Below, piece after piece: positions 1 through 11,727 of a stretch of 64,000 bases of DNA; position 1 is the stretch's first letter; every line of letters starts with the position of its first letter. The DNA comes from Octopus vulgaris. Taxonomy: Eukaryota. The translations under genes were made by a program, and so were the position numbers. Location of the stretch: positions 102,796,001 to 102,860,000 of the forward strand of contig OX597814.1 of the NCBI GenBank assembly GCA_951406725.2. The letters run 5' to 3'. The notes beneath the pieces are model-generated. The model did not search any database and was not told the origin of the DNA. It saw only the letters and a program-made list of their open reading frames with translations.

Positions 1-1745
1 AAATGGACCATTACCCCGCCCTTGCCGGTTAATTTACCCACCCTATCTAAGGTGTAGCGTATAAGGTGAAGGTTGTCCTGGATCGACCTGCCTGGAATTG
101 CACATGTCTGTGCTCTCCCTACAAGTTTCTCCACGACAACCGTCAACCTTTTTGCCAATACCTTGGCCAGAATCTTTAACTCTACATTAAGTAGAGTTAT
201 GGGCCTGTAGTTACTAATGTTATCCCCCTTGCTCGGGTCTTTCTGGATTAGCGTCACCACTCCCCGGCTTACAGAACTGGGAATTCTCCCATTCTGCTGC
301 CAGTTCGTGTAGACGCCTGCCAATATTCCCCCGAACAAGTCCGGCATACTTTGGTAAAACTCGTAGGGCAGACCATCCAACCCCGGCGACTTCTCCCCGG
401 CGCATCCGGCCAGTATCCCCTCTATCTCCGCGGGAGTGATCGCTTCTTCACAGCACTCCACCTCACGCCCCGAGAGCCGCGGCCCGCCGGCCAGGAAGTC
501 CTTTAAGGTCCTCCCCCGCTCCGGCGTCACACCACTCCCGAACACGCGGGCGAAATGCTGGTGAAGAAACTTTTGCATCTCCTCCTGTCCATAGATCTTT
601 TGTCCCTGTTCGTCAGTTAAAGACTGGATTGAGGCTTTGTTACCTCTCTGACTCTCCACTCGACGGGCCCATCCGGCAACGTTAATACCTTCTCGTTTCC
701 CAGCGAGTAGCTTAGCTCTAACTCTGCAACCTTCGTGTTTGGAGTTAAGGTGACGGTACAATACCGTCCTTGCCGCCATCACTCCGGATGCAGAGCCAGC
801 TTCCATTGCCTCGTTTAGATTCTTAACTAAATCGTCCTCTATCCTAGACCTATCTATCCTTAGCTGATTACTAAATCTAATGGACTCTGAACGAATGGCT
901 CTTTTGAGGGAGTGCCACCATCTATTGTTAATGATGGTGCCACACAATGCCCTCTGTACTAACACCTTAATCCGGGTACGGAAGTCTTCACAATTCAAAA
1001 TAGCCTTGTTCAGCTTCCAGTACCCGGGTCCCTGTCTATGACACTTGTCTAATTGCATCCTACACGTCACAAATTTGTGATCCGTGTAAGGCACAATGTA
1101 AAATTGTGGACAACTAAACGTATCCTTATCTCTTTTCTTAATAAATATCCTATCTAGATACGATCTGTGTGAGCCGTCGTTGTTACTCCACGTCCACTGT
1201 GGAACGTTCGGCTCATCCAGTCGATAACGGTCCACTAGATCAAAGCTCTCTAGTAGACCCTTGAGGCTAGGGTTCCCCTTCCTATTGGTTGAGCCAACAC
1301 TGTCGACCCGCGCTTCAAGGACAGTGTTAAAGTCCCCTACTAGGATTACCGTTTTCGACGTCGCTAAAAAGGGCTCCAGGTTCCGAAAAAAACCCGTCTG
1401 TCTACCCTCGTTCGGGGCGTAGACAGCTACCAACCTGAAGGACTGTTTACTTACGTGAGTCACATCCAGAACAACCAGCCTGCCTTCTGGGTCCAGAAAG
1501 ACAGTACTTACCTGCAAGTCCAAGCTCTTCCTGATAAGGACTGCCACGCCTCTGCCTCTTCCTCGGCTAGGAGAAATAAATTTCTCGAACCCATTTAGAA
1601 GAGGCGAGAACGCTTGGGCCTCGCTCATCTTGGACTCGGTTGCAATAGCTATGTCTACTCCGTGTGTCGTGAGGTCGTTCAGGAAACAAATTTGTTTCCG
1701 TTTCGACCCCATTCCACGTACATTCACACAACCCAGCTTAGCCAT
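1..1745 (-). CDS. ORF2 (APE endonuclease + reverse transcriptase) of a Tx1/L1-clade non-LTR retrotransposon; 3' part lies beyond the window edge
   Basis: Manual translation from ATG at 1745: MAKLGCVNVRG...VYAPN...GDFN...SYLDR...TDH...PGYWKLN...KSPGLDGLPYEFY...NYRPITLLNVELKILAK...PGRSIQDN. The frame is still in register at the window edge. It is missing from the ORF track because there is no stop in the window. Confidence 0.93.
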   Translation of the reverse strand, partial: MAKLGCVNVRGMGSKRKQICFLNDLTTHGVDIAIATESKMSEAQAFSPLLNGFEKFISPSRGRGRGVAVLIRKSLDLQVSTVFLDPEGRLVVLDVTHVSKQSFRLVAVYAPNEGRQTGFFRNLEPFLATSKTVILVGDFNTVLEARVDSVGSTNRKGNPSLKGLLESFDLVDRYRLDEPNVPQWTWSNNDGSHRSYLDRIFIKKRDKDTFSCPQFYIVPYTDHKFVTCRMQLDKCHRQGPGYWKLNKAILNCEDFRTRIKVLVQRALCGTIINNRWWHSLKRAIRSESIRFSNQLRIDRSRIEDDLVKNLNEAMEAGSASGVMAARTVLYRHLNSKHEGCRVRAKLLAGKREGINVAGWARRVESQRGNKASIQSLTDEQGQKIYGQEEMQKFLHQHFARVFGSGVTPERGRTLKDFLAGGPRLSGREVECCEEAITPAEIEGILAGCAGEKSPGLDGLPYEFYQSMPDLFGGILAGVYTNWQQNGRIPSSVSRGVVTLIQKDPSKGDNISNYRPITLLNVELKILAKVLAKRLTVVVEKLVGRAQTCAIPGRSIQDNLHLIRYTLDRVGKLTGKGGVMVH

Positions 1746-1772
1746 TGTCGGTGAGAGAAAAAATAGATGAAC

Positions 1773-3206
1773 TTACGGTTGAGAAAGGGAGCATGACAGT
1801 TTAAATCTGCCCGCTTCCCCTTCTTCCTCCCTTGTGGTCGTGGCTGCAGGGCTCTTAACCGGCGTTGCCACCGGGCTCTGGGTAGGTGTGGTTGCCGGGG
1901 TTATAACGAGTTTACCCTCCAGAACTTCTTTTGTCACATCTCTAATCAGTCTATTCTTTAGATGTTCTTGAAGAACTTCCTCCTTCCACTCGTCTTCCTT
2001 TATTTTCGCGAAGCGAGTGGTTGCTTTTATGTCTGTGGCCTTGCTATATAATTTAAATTTTGAAAATTTATAGTATTTATATACCCTTTCATTTTTCTCA
2101 TCAAAAGCGATGATCTTATCATTCTTTTTTAAAGACTTTTTCACATCTTGTTTTATGGGGAGGGGCTTGGCGAACTGTTTCCCAATGAAAACAGTGCCAT
2201 GGGGGTAGGGCTGGGAGATTTGTTTCGTGTGTATGTCTGCGGTGCTTGCTGATTTTTTCCTTGTTTGGGGAGGGGAGTCTAGGGTGTTGTCTTTTTTTCT
2301 TTTGTGTGTCACCTGTGTGTAGTCCATGTGTTCGGTACAATCCGTTTCTGTTTCTATGCTTGTCGTCGTCTTGTTATCCTTTTCTGCCTTCTCCCCTTCA
2401 GTGTTAGAAGCACTTTGAGGAGGGGCTTCATTGGTTTTCTTCTTTTTTATGCAGTTCGAGCGGACGTGACCCTTCTCTCCACATTTAAAACATCTCGGTC
2501 TACGTCCCTCCACTGATACTCTCATTGATGTTCCATCTTCGTTGAATATCCTATCGGGTAGGTTCTCTAATATCTTGTTTTCCGCCTGGACGAGGAGCTC
2601 CAGCGTCTGTCCCTTCCAGCGTACCTCCTCTTTCCTTCTCATCTGCAGAATCGAAATTTCCCGCTCTATATTGTGCAGGACCGCTGCTGCTACCCACATT
2701 ATATCGTATCCTCTCGGTATGTCCTCTACCAGCAGTTTCGCTGTTCTTTTTCCCATGTATGAGGGTAGCAGCATGATCTCATCATTTTTCAGGGTCAATG
2801 ATGATACCTCTCTTGCTATCTCAGCCGAGTCAAAATGTGCCTCAACAGTAGCGCTACGAGCACCTCGGACGATATGGCGAATTTTGTCCCACACCGGGGA
2901 CAAGCACTTTTCGACCAATTCGTTTCTCACGTCCATAATTTTCTTTTCTTTGTAGCTATACACTTTATATATGACTGTTTTCTCCTTTATTTCTTGTACC
3001 TTCGCCTGTGGCGGTACAAGTTTGACTTCGTTTCCTTCCATTTTTACCAAGTTCCTGAATTCGAACAGTTGTTCGATCTTGAATTCAACGTCCATCATGG
3101 TTCCGCCTACCGCGGCCGAAAAAGACTGTTTGGTTACTTCCGTTTCCTTTAATTCACTTGTTCCCATCGCGGGGAAGTCATTCTTCGACGCCAAGTCGAA
3201 ATCCAT
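1773..3206 (-). CDS. ORF1 (Gag-like nucleic-acid-binding protein with CCHC zinc knuckle) of the Tx1/L1-clade element
   Basis: 477-aa ORF containing CFKCGEKGHVRSNC (CX2CX4HX4C) and a low-complexity tail; it ends 27 bp upstream of ORF2 on the same strand. Confidence 0.88.
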   Translation of the reverse strand: MDFDLASKNDFPAMGTSELKETEVTKQSFSAAVGGTMMDVEFKIEQLFEFRNLVKMEGNEVKLVPPQAKVQEIKEKTVIYKVYSYKEKKIMDVRNELVEKCLSPVWDKIRHIVRGARSATVEAHFDSAEIAREVSSLTLKNDEIMLLPSYMGKRTAKLLVEDIPRGYDIMWVAAAVLHNIEREISILQMRRKEEVRWKGQTLELLVQAENKILENLPDRIFNEDGTSMRVSVEGRRPRCFKCGEKGHVRSNCIKKKKTNEAPPQSASNTEGEKAEKDNKTTTSIETETDCTEHMDYTQVTHKRKKDNTLDSPPQTRKKSASTADIHTKQISQPYPHGTVFIGKQFAKPLPIKQDVKKSLKKNDKIIAFDEKNERVYKYYKFSKFKLYSKATDIKATTRFAKIKEDEWKEEVLQEHLKNRLIRDVTKEVLEGKLVITPATTPTQSPVATPVKSPAATTTREEEGEAGRFKLSCSLSQP

Positions 3207-3494
3207 TCCTCAAAGAATGTTTCAAAAATTACCTCGAAGGTAATAACAATTTTAAATACAGAATTTTCTGCCCCGTAGGGCGAAAATTACCGTTACACAA
3301 CGGGCACTGTTCAAATAACAATTAACACAAACAACGATGATCAAAATTTCGAACTCTCTCAACAAAGGCAGCAATTCCTCAAAACGCAGATGAAAAACGC
3401 AATTAAAAAATTGCTGAGATAGGATGGTCAGTCAACGCTTAAAGACACACACGTCAATTTATAAGCTGCAACACAAAGGGATTTAAACAGAGTT

Positions 3495-3690
3495 ACTTAC
3501 CTTACTTATGTCCGATAGAAGATACGCATGCGCATTGAAAGTACTTCCACATGATCTTAATCGTCTTTTGCAAGATTTTCTCTTGATCAGCTGATAATAA
3601 TAGATTTATAATATTTATAACGCATTTCTCAACAACCACACACACACATATATAACAACACTATCTGTTATGAAACATTTCCGTAAGTAT
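3495..3690. promoter_or_regulatory. Candidate bidirectional promoter with outward-facing splice donors
   Basis: NRF1-like ACGCATGCGCA at 3524-3534 and ETS-like ACTTCC at 3543-3548; minus-strand AAG|GTAAGT donor at 3500 and plus-strand GTAAGT at 3683. Confidence 0.35.
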
Positions 3691-3774
3691 TAAACAATGA
3701 AAATATTCAATGTTTTCATTTCTGGTTTTTGGCGTCTCAATTCTTTGTGTCTTTTTTATGTTTTATGAATGAGG

Positions 3775-4025
3775 GATGTCCTTGATTTGTGCGAGATTTA
3801 GCTGTTATTTCTTGCTACGAAAAAGTTATTCATTGATTTGTGCGATATTTGGTCGATATTTCTTGGTATGGAAGCGAGATGTCTTACTTATTCGAGATTT
3901 GGCTGCTATTTCTAACTACGAAAGATGTATTCTATGATTTGTTCGATATTTGGTCCATATTTTTCAGTATGGATGAGAAACGTCTTATTTATTCGAGATT
4001 TGGCTGCTATTTCTAGGTATGGGAG
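3775..4025. repeat. Degenerate ~55-60-bp tandem repeat (about 5 units)
   Basis: Recurring gatttg(t/g)..cga(g/t)atttggctgctatttct motif. Confidence 0.6.
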
Positions 4026-4343
4026 CTACTTTCTGCCCTCTCCATCGTTGCCTGGTTAGTTTGTTTAGCGTTTTAGTTTGAGAAATATTCTCAAATACAC
4101 TCCAAACACTGAAATATTTGGAAAGCAATACTTTATTTTAATTTATCGATTGTTTCTCTGTATTACTATCGATGTGTGCCCAACCAAATGGGGTACTATT
4201 TAAGAAGAGTGGTCCCTGTGCGCGCATCCGCGCTAGCTGGTCGTGACTAGCCGATCCTACAACGACTACCTAGCGCGAGTGCGCGTATGCAAATTAATAG
4301 ATGGTTTTTTTTTAAACAAAATAAATAATTTTTTACACAAAGT

Positions 4344-4945
4344 GGATCTTTTCCTTTTGAACGGCAGTTTTCAACACAATTTCTAGTTAACTAAACACTT
4401 TTAAACTTCGTATACTGGTAGAATGTGTCAAAATAAACATTTTTTTTCTCTTGGCTTTCCTGAGAAATTGTAATTTGTAAGTTTAACGTAGTTTAATTTT
4501 TCGAATTTTAACCAATCCTATCGCCTCTATTGAGCTAAAACAGACAACATCCTGTCACTAACCCTCACCCTAACCTTAACCCTAAATTTTAGCCTTTCGG
4601 GTTTTTTTTCTTAATTGTTAAATTAATTTAAGGATAACAATTAAGAAAAAAAAACCAAAGGCTAAAACGAAAGCAATGGAAGATAATTTTAATTTAACAA
4701 TTAAGAAAAAAAAAACGAAAGGCTAAAACGAAAGCAAAAGCTCAAAACAAAAACAAATCGAATAATTTTAGACACACGCCTAACAATTAAGAAAAGACAA
4801 GAAGTCGAACATTTTTTTGCCCATGAAACTACATAGACCCTAAGTAAGGCATGTGTAAAATTTGAATGAAATTGGTTGTGTAGTTCTCAAGTTTTAGGGA
4901 AACACAGACAGACACACATTCTCAGTTATATATATAGAGAGATGT
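4344..4945. mobile_element. Nested repeat fragments: a GGATCTTTTCCTTTTGAACGGC element and a Helitron-like 5' end (minus)
   Basis: The first ~150 bp recurs inverted at about 30215-30355 and the fragment contains aaccct repeats. On the minus strand the right end reads atctctctatatatataa...tgtctgtctg, typical of non-autonomous Helitron 5' ends. Confidence 0.55.
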
Positions 4946-4954
4946 GTGTGTGTG

Positions 4955-5158
4955 TATGTTTGTTTGTGTTTGTTCCCCCAACATCGCTTGGCAACTGATG
5001 CTGGTGTGTATATGTCCCCGTAACCTAGCGGTTCGGTAAAAGAGACTGATAAAATAGGTATTAGGCTTAGAAAGAATAAATCCTGGGATCGATTTGCTTG
5101 ACTAATGGCAATGCCCCAGCATGGCTACAGTCAAATGACTGAAACAAGTAAAAGAGTA
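4955..5158 (+). mobile_element. SINE 3' half
   Basis: Matches the 3' half of the SINE at 11728-12085 (gcggttcgg...ccagcatggc...gaaacaagtaaaag). Confidence 0.75.
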
Positions 5159-6279
5159 AACTAAATTTTTTTTCTAAACAACATAAATAAATTTGGAGTG
5201 CATAGAATGGGATTACTGAAATACACCCATTTCAAGGTGAACCCTTCTGAAAATTTTATCGATCCTATAACAAATGTTCATACAAATTCAGTTGAAAGTT
5301 ATTAGAAGAACGTAAAACGACGTTTTAAGAGTATGATGGGGGTACCAAAAACAGGTAGTGTGTTATTTTTATTTAATTTGTTTAGAAAAAGAAAATTATT
5401 TACTTTGTGTTTTATTTACTTTGTTTAAAAAAATTATTTTGTTAAAAAAAAACCCATCTATTTGCATACGCGCTCTCGCGCTAAGTAGTCATAGGATTGA
5501 CTAGTCACGACTAGCTAGCGCGAGTGCGTGCACCGGGACCACCCTTCTTAAATAGTACCCCAAATGGTAATTTGTTGCCTCATAACTTACTGGAAAATGG
5601 GTAATTTGAAATATAATTTTCTGAAAGTACGTTTCAATTAGTGTAGATAAGGATTATGTATGAGTTTGTGAAAAGAAAAGTTCAATTGAATGAGTGTTAT
5701 GGATAATTTATACACCTCGACTTTATTCTTTCATACTTGTAGATTTAAAATTATGCTAAAAAGTAAGGTGTAGTGTCTGTATAGCTCGTCCACATAAATT
5801 GGATATTATCTGTTTTGCGGGGAATTTTTTTCAAATTATCTTCACCACGCATTTGAAAATGATGTGAGTGTGAGGCCTTCTATGAAAAAGTTATGAAAAT
5901 CTGATTTCCACCTGCTTTTAAGACACCAAACACGATTACAATTCTTGGGTAGAATGTAGTATAGTATCGTGAAAGGATGGAAGTAAATGGAGGATTTTGT
6001 TCGTTTAGTAAAAAATAAATTTTCATTTGGCAACATTTTTAGAGAAAGAGATGAAAGAGAAAACATGAAAAGAATAAAAGATGAAATTATTGAGAGAGAA
6101 AAAAGGGAACTACCTCTCCAACAAAACAAAGGGAAAGGAAGAAGTGGGGCGGGATTAACGAGTAAAAGATGGGTGGAGAGGGGTTTAATCTTTTTTATTT
6201 TTAATGTTTTTTCTTTCTTTTATTCTTGTAAAAATCTGTTGCTAAATAAAAGTATTCTGTGAAAGAAAAATAGTCATCT

Positions 6280-7140
6280 AAAAAGTGTATTTTATGATAG
6301 AAACCAGAAGTGATGACTAATATATGAATATTTGATGAAACATGATTGATATTCGATTGGGGTGGTCCTGTGTGGATCTCGGCAATCTGTATACTCATTA
6401 AATTGTCATCAATTCACTCAGTTTTGTTGATCCAAATGTTGACCGCATCCATACACAAACTATAGAGGGGCAATGGATCTTCATTAAGAAGAAAAGTGAC
6501 AATGCGGAATTACTATTTTACTTGTTTCAGTCACTTGAGTTTTATTTAGCCTAGTACTTATTCTTGTGGTTCCTTTTGCCGAACCACTATGTTACAGAGA
6601 GCTAAATAAAGTAACACAGATCGTCAAGTGATCATTCAGAGATAAACAGACACAGGAACACACACATATATATATATATGTATGACCGGCTTCTTTCAGT
6701 TTCCGCCTACCAAATCCACTCACAAGTCTTTGGTTGGTCTGAGGCTGTATTAGAAGAGATTTGCCCAAGGTGACATGCAGTGGGACTGAACTTGGAACTT
6801 GGTGGTTGGTATGCAAGTTTTTTATCACACAGACAGACATTGTGCCCAGTGATCATTTATTCACTCCACATGTTCTTGAACATCCGTAATGAAACAATTT
6901 TAGAGATCGAGAATAAATCTTTATGAATCTAATTTCATACATCAATAACTCTTTATGTTTTCCTGCAAATATCATTGTTTCCATCTTATATAAAATACAT
7001 GTACAGTTTTCATATCAAATATATTTACATTTATATATTGGATACATTAGTTATAATTACATACATTGTTTGCATGAAATTCTGGGATGTCACCGTTATC
7101 AGCTCCAGGTTTCTATCAAAGTGTGCTTTCATTTTTTTTT
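6280..7140. mobile_element. Degenerate copy of the TIR element at about 30375-31180, interrupted by a SINE
   Basis: gatagaaaccagaagt...ggtttctatc inverted ends; internal blocks (tagagatcgagaa..., tattggatacat) shared with the 30-kb copy. Confidence 0.65.
6512..6842 (-). mobile_element. tRNA-derived SINE
   Basis: Reverse complement of the 11728 SINE family, with B-box-like gttcagtccc. Confidence 0.75.
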
Positions 7141-9375
7141 TTTTAGGGGCAATTTACTTTCACTATTTTATGTATGGAAACTGCATGTTAACCCAGTTCT
7201 TTTCCCCAGTTTCATTTGCAAATAAAACAACTTTTATTTCAGACTTTATCTGACACAAACGAAAGAATAATTGAATCTAAAAACAAGAGTGGAACTATAT
7301 TTACTCTGTAATTCTGATTACAGGGTAAAAAGAAGATCATAAATACAGAGTAAACATGGTTCCATTGTTAATTTTTAGATTCATTAATTTCTTTTGTTTG
7401 TGTTGAATGGAAAAGGTTTAAACAAACAAATATTACATGTTTCATTTTGTGTTGTAAAGTAAAAGAGGGGACAAGAATTGTAATGGTGATCACTGTTGTA
7501 AGGACAAGGAGTTAGGAGCAGCTTTCCTTCATTGGGGAATTTTACTAATTTCATGGACTTCTTTGTTTGTTTGTTTAAAGAGAGTCTTTCTGCATTGTTT
7601 GAAAAGCATAGTGCAGAAAAAGAATTTGACTCATGCGATCATAAAAATTTCAATGTTAAAACTATGGTGATGATGATGGGCAAAAGAAGTACCCAGCAAG
7701 AAAAACCTATTTTCCATTCTTTTGTGGCACAAGCAGAGGTTTTTTTCTGCCAGATGGCCTTCTTGTTATCAACCATCACTAGTTTCCAAGCAAGGTAATA
7801 TTTCCCCATCTCTGCACATATCTTCATGTTGATGTGCATTGACATGTATTAAGTGATACGAAGACACACACATACACAGAGGACAACCTTTCACTTTCTG
7901 TCTATCAAACCCACTCAGATGGTTTTAGATGCACTGGTGTTATTAAAGAAGACACTTGCTCAAGGTACTGCTCTGTGGGATTGAACTTGAAATCACATGG
8001 ATGGAAATCAGTTGTTAAACATTTTGTTTGTTTTTCTAATTCAGTTGGCTTTTTGTTATTTGTCAATGTTTATTCTTGTTTTATTTGTCATAAAAAATTT
8101 TAGGTCCTGCGATTATCCATATGATTGTATGACCTGCTGGAAATAATAGTACATCTCCCTTAAATTTCCCCTTCCAGTCAGGAATATTGAAGACTATTGG
8201 ATGATGTAGTGATAGATATACAACGTTATAGAAATAGCCAGGATGTTCATGGATGGAATGTCTATAATCATATACCTGCTCAGTCAGAACTGACCTGGAT
8301 GTAAACAACAATGTCAAGTTATATTTATGGTGAAAGACTAATGTTAGTGTCCAATATTCTATGTGAAGGTGTCAGTGTAGTTTACAAATATGGAAGCTTC
8401 AGACAAAATTCTTTGGAGTCAATTTTTATAAATTAAAATGTTAAGTTCATTGTCATCTGTTGTCCATGCTAGCATAGTTTGATGGCTTGACCCGAGCTGG
8501 CAAGCTGTGGAGCTGCAGCATACTCCAGTCTCGTTTGTAATGGTTTCTACGGCTGGATACCTTTCCAAGTGCCAACCACTTCACAGTGCACAAGGTGCCT
8601 TTATGTGGCACTGCAGGATAATTTTCATGTGCCACCACACTGTTGCCTTAACATGGTGGCACTGCACATCCGCTTTTATGAAGAATGGTCAGATGTGCTT
8701 TTCACTACTAGAGGGATGAGTCTGAATGCTTATGCTGTCGAGTATGGGTCTTCTTGAGCACAGTGTGGTGCTAGGCATCTTGGTCTTTATCATATCACCT
8801 GAATGGTTCAACATCCTGAGTTCGCTCATCAGCACTTCATCCTGCGTCTTATTGGGTCTCCACTTCCACTTCTTCCAACTACTTTGAGAGGTCGGCACTT
8901 CTTTATGGAACCATTGGCACCTAGCTCAGTTTTTAATGTAAATGTTTGTTTCTACAGTTTATCTCAATAGAAATGACTCTGTATTTTTAAAGTAGTCTCT
9001 ACATTTTACACTTTTGTTTCTCTATAATTTCAGAACATCGGATGACAGAAGAAGCATCCTCAATATCTACTATGTTTTAAAGACTAAAGGAAAATATTAT
9101 ACAAATCAGATGTATAACATTGTTTCTACAAATCTGTCGTAGAATTCCTGTGAAACATTTGTTCTGAATTAATATTATTAGCCAAATTTGTGAACATTTC
9201 TGTCTGGAGTGTGAAGAGAAGCTTGTGTGCTGATCAAAGCTTAATAAATTTATGGAATTGTTGTGAAACAAAGGTATCAATGGACAGAAATACAACAGCA
9301 GAAATATATGTAAGGAGTAAAATATAAAAACAAAAGCAAGAAGAATATATTAAGTGGGATTTGAGAGGAAAAGTG

Positions 9376-10359
9376 ATGGAAAAGAGTGAGAAAATTATTT
9401 CCCTTGAAGACATGAGATCTTATGACTGTGATATCTGTAGAAAGTCCTTCTCTCGGAAAAGTAACCTGATTACACACAAACGTACTCATACAGGAGAGAA
9501 ACCATATCAATGTGATATCTGTGGTAAATCATTCTCTCGAAGTAATCAGGTTGCTGTGCACAAACGTACTCATACGGGAGAGAAACCATATCAATGTGAT
9601 ATCTGTGGTAAATCATTCCCTAAGAGTAGTAACTTATCTAGACACAAATATATTCATACTGGGGAGAAACCATATCATTGTGATATTTGTGGTAAATCAT
9701 TCTCTTTAAGAAATCATGTTGCTGTGCACAAACGTACTCATACAGGAGAGAGATCATATCATTGCGATGTCTGTGGTGAATCATTCGCTCAACATATTCA
9801 CTTAACTACACACAAACTTATTCATACTGGCGAGAAACCATATCATTGTGATGTCTGTGGTAGACCATTCTCTCTAAGTAATACCTTAAAGAAACACATA
9901 CGTATTCATACAGGTGAGAAGCCGTATCACTGTGGGATCTGTGGTAAATCATTTTCTCAGAGTTTTAGTTTATCTGCACACAAGCGTATTCATACTGGAG
10001 AGAAGCCATATCATTGTGATATCTGTGGTAAATCATTCTCTCAAAATACTGCCTTAGCAACACACAAACGTATTCATACAGGAGAGAAGCCATATAACTG
10101 TGATATTTGTGGTGAATCATTCTCTCAAAATATTGCCTTAGCAAAACACAAACGTATTCATACAGGAGAGAAGCCATATAATTGTAATATTTGTGGTAAA
10201 TCATTCTCACAAAGCAATAGCTTAAAGAAACACAGCTGTGTTCATACAGGAGAGAAGCCATATTGTGACATTTGTGGTAAATCATTCTCTCAAAATAGTA
10301 ACTTAACCAAGCACCAACATATTCATACTAGGGAGAAAGGAAAAGAGCAGTTTCTATAG
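9376..10359 (+). CDS. C2H2 zinc-finger protein with 11 tandem fingers in a single coding exon and no KRAB/SCAN-like domain
   Basis: Eleven CX2CX12HX3H fingers with TGEKPY-type linkers. First ATG of the open frame is at 9376 (the track start at 9361 is TTG). A polypyrimidine tract plus CAG acceptor ends at 9033 and a candidate ATTAAA poly(A) signal lies near 10624. Confidence 0.93.
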   Translation: MEKSEKIISLEDMRSYDCDICRKSFSRKSNLITHKRTHTGEKPYQCDICGKSFSRSNQVAVHKRTHTGEKPYQCDICGKSFPKSSNLSRHKYIHTGEKPYHCDICGKSFSLRNHVAVHKRTHTGERSYHCDVCGESFAQHIHLTTHKLIHTGEKPYHCDVCGRPFSLSNTLKKHIRIHTGEKPYHCGICGKSFSQSFSLSAHKRIHTGEKPYHCDICGKSFSQNTALATHKRIHTGEKPYNCDICGESFSQNIALAKHKRIHTGEKPYNCNICGKSFSQSNSLKKHSCVHTGEKPYCDICGKSFSQNSNLTKHQHIHTREKGKEQFL

Positions 10360-11727
10360 TCTATTGTTTGCTGTATTTGTTTAATATTCCTGTGTTTTAT
10401 GCAATGGAAATTATGACTAAAATATTTCCAAACATTTAAATTTTTTGTTTTGTTTTTGCAATATTTATCTCCTTGACTATTCATGCAGTTTCCTTTCTAT
10501 TGATGTCAGAACCTCTATACCAAATCTCCTCCTCATAACAACCCTATGCATTATTCTTTCTTGAGTGTCGCATCCTGTAATTACTGTATAATTAGTGCTT
10601 ATTGTATTTTAAATGTTTCACTCATTAAATATTTTATACAATAACAAAAGTTATTAGTTTCTTTTATATTCAGGAATATTGTAAAATTGTCAACTATTGA
10701 CATAAACAATGACCTGAAATATGAAACAGAAGAAATCGTAAAGGAAGAACATGAGACATATGTATAGTTTAGTGCCCCAACCTGACTGATTCCTTGTTAG
10801 TTTCTGGATAATGGTTTCTTTAAATCAAACTTTGCAGAGATTGGTTTTGAAGTGTGCTTATTATGATGATTTTCATAAAATTGAGAAAGAACGTTTTGGA
10901 GGAGATTTCTGACTATTCATTGTCAACTGTGTTCCACTTTGATAAACTTATCCAATTCTTCAACATTCTCTGACAACCACTTCTGAGACGCGTTGCAGAA
11001 GTATGACCAGCACTCAGATGTTGCTGCTACACGTATAGCCTTCTGGCAGTATCCTTCTTCAGTAAGGTTTCTCCACAGTCTCTAGCAGGTTCATGTAGCC
11101 ACCTAAATTTGAGTGCACTTGGCAGTTATTTCTAGCTTGATGTGAAATCATCCATAGGGCAATTCTTTTTATAAATGCTTCTTCAATTATCCTTCAATAT
11201 GTGAACTATTTAATTTCATCAATTATGAACTAAAAAGCAATTTAGTTAATTAATTAATTTCTAATCAACATAAGATAGAGACAAATTTTCAGGCGAGTCG
11301 GAAAATATATTTCATTTGTAAGAAAATAGCAACTCTTAGAAATAAAGTGTCTCCGCTGTTCTGTTTCCTGGTGAGAATGTAGCCAACCTGGCTTGTGTGT
11401 CATGCCAACCTACATCTTTGAACATAGCGTGAGGCTCCATACAAACGGCTAGTAGGAAGTTGTCACTTGTTAAATGCGTGTGAATTGTCGACTTCAGTTA
11501 GGGATAAATCAGGAAGTTCTTCAAAGTAAGCAGAGTAATTTACTCATTAATTCTTTCATAATGAAGCCAATTACTTCATATTATCACTAATTATTCATTT
11601 CGATTCTGCTATTCCGGACAGAGTTTGATCCTAGGAAGTAATTCCCGTGTGCCATATGAGTCATTATATCGATATCAATTTGGATATACTTACATATCTG
11701 TTTCTAAAGAAATATATCGATTTATAG

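Larger units (their letters stand above)
1..3460 (-). mobile_element. Tx1/L1-clade LINE, 5' portion including a ~250-bp 5' UTR
   Basis: ORF1+ORF2 architecture with CpGs retained; 5' boundary estimated from the change in composition. Confidence 0.85.
4190..5561. mobile_element. Non-autonomous DNA transposon with long TIRs and 4-bp TSD (Sola-like), carrying nested insertions
   Basis: GGGGTACTATTTAAGAAG... at 4190 and ...CTTCTTAAATAGTACCCC at 5561; TIRs of about 150 bp or more; AAAT on both sides (4186-4189, 5562-5565). Confidence 0.85.

Noticed and set aside
2119-3243. Overlapping and antisense ORFs within LINE ORF1
   Set aside because: Shadow frames with no motifs.
4555-4590. aaccct repeats as a telomere
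   Set aside because: Only about four degenerate units inside a dispersed repeat.
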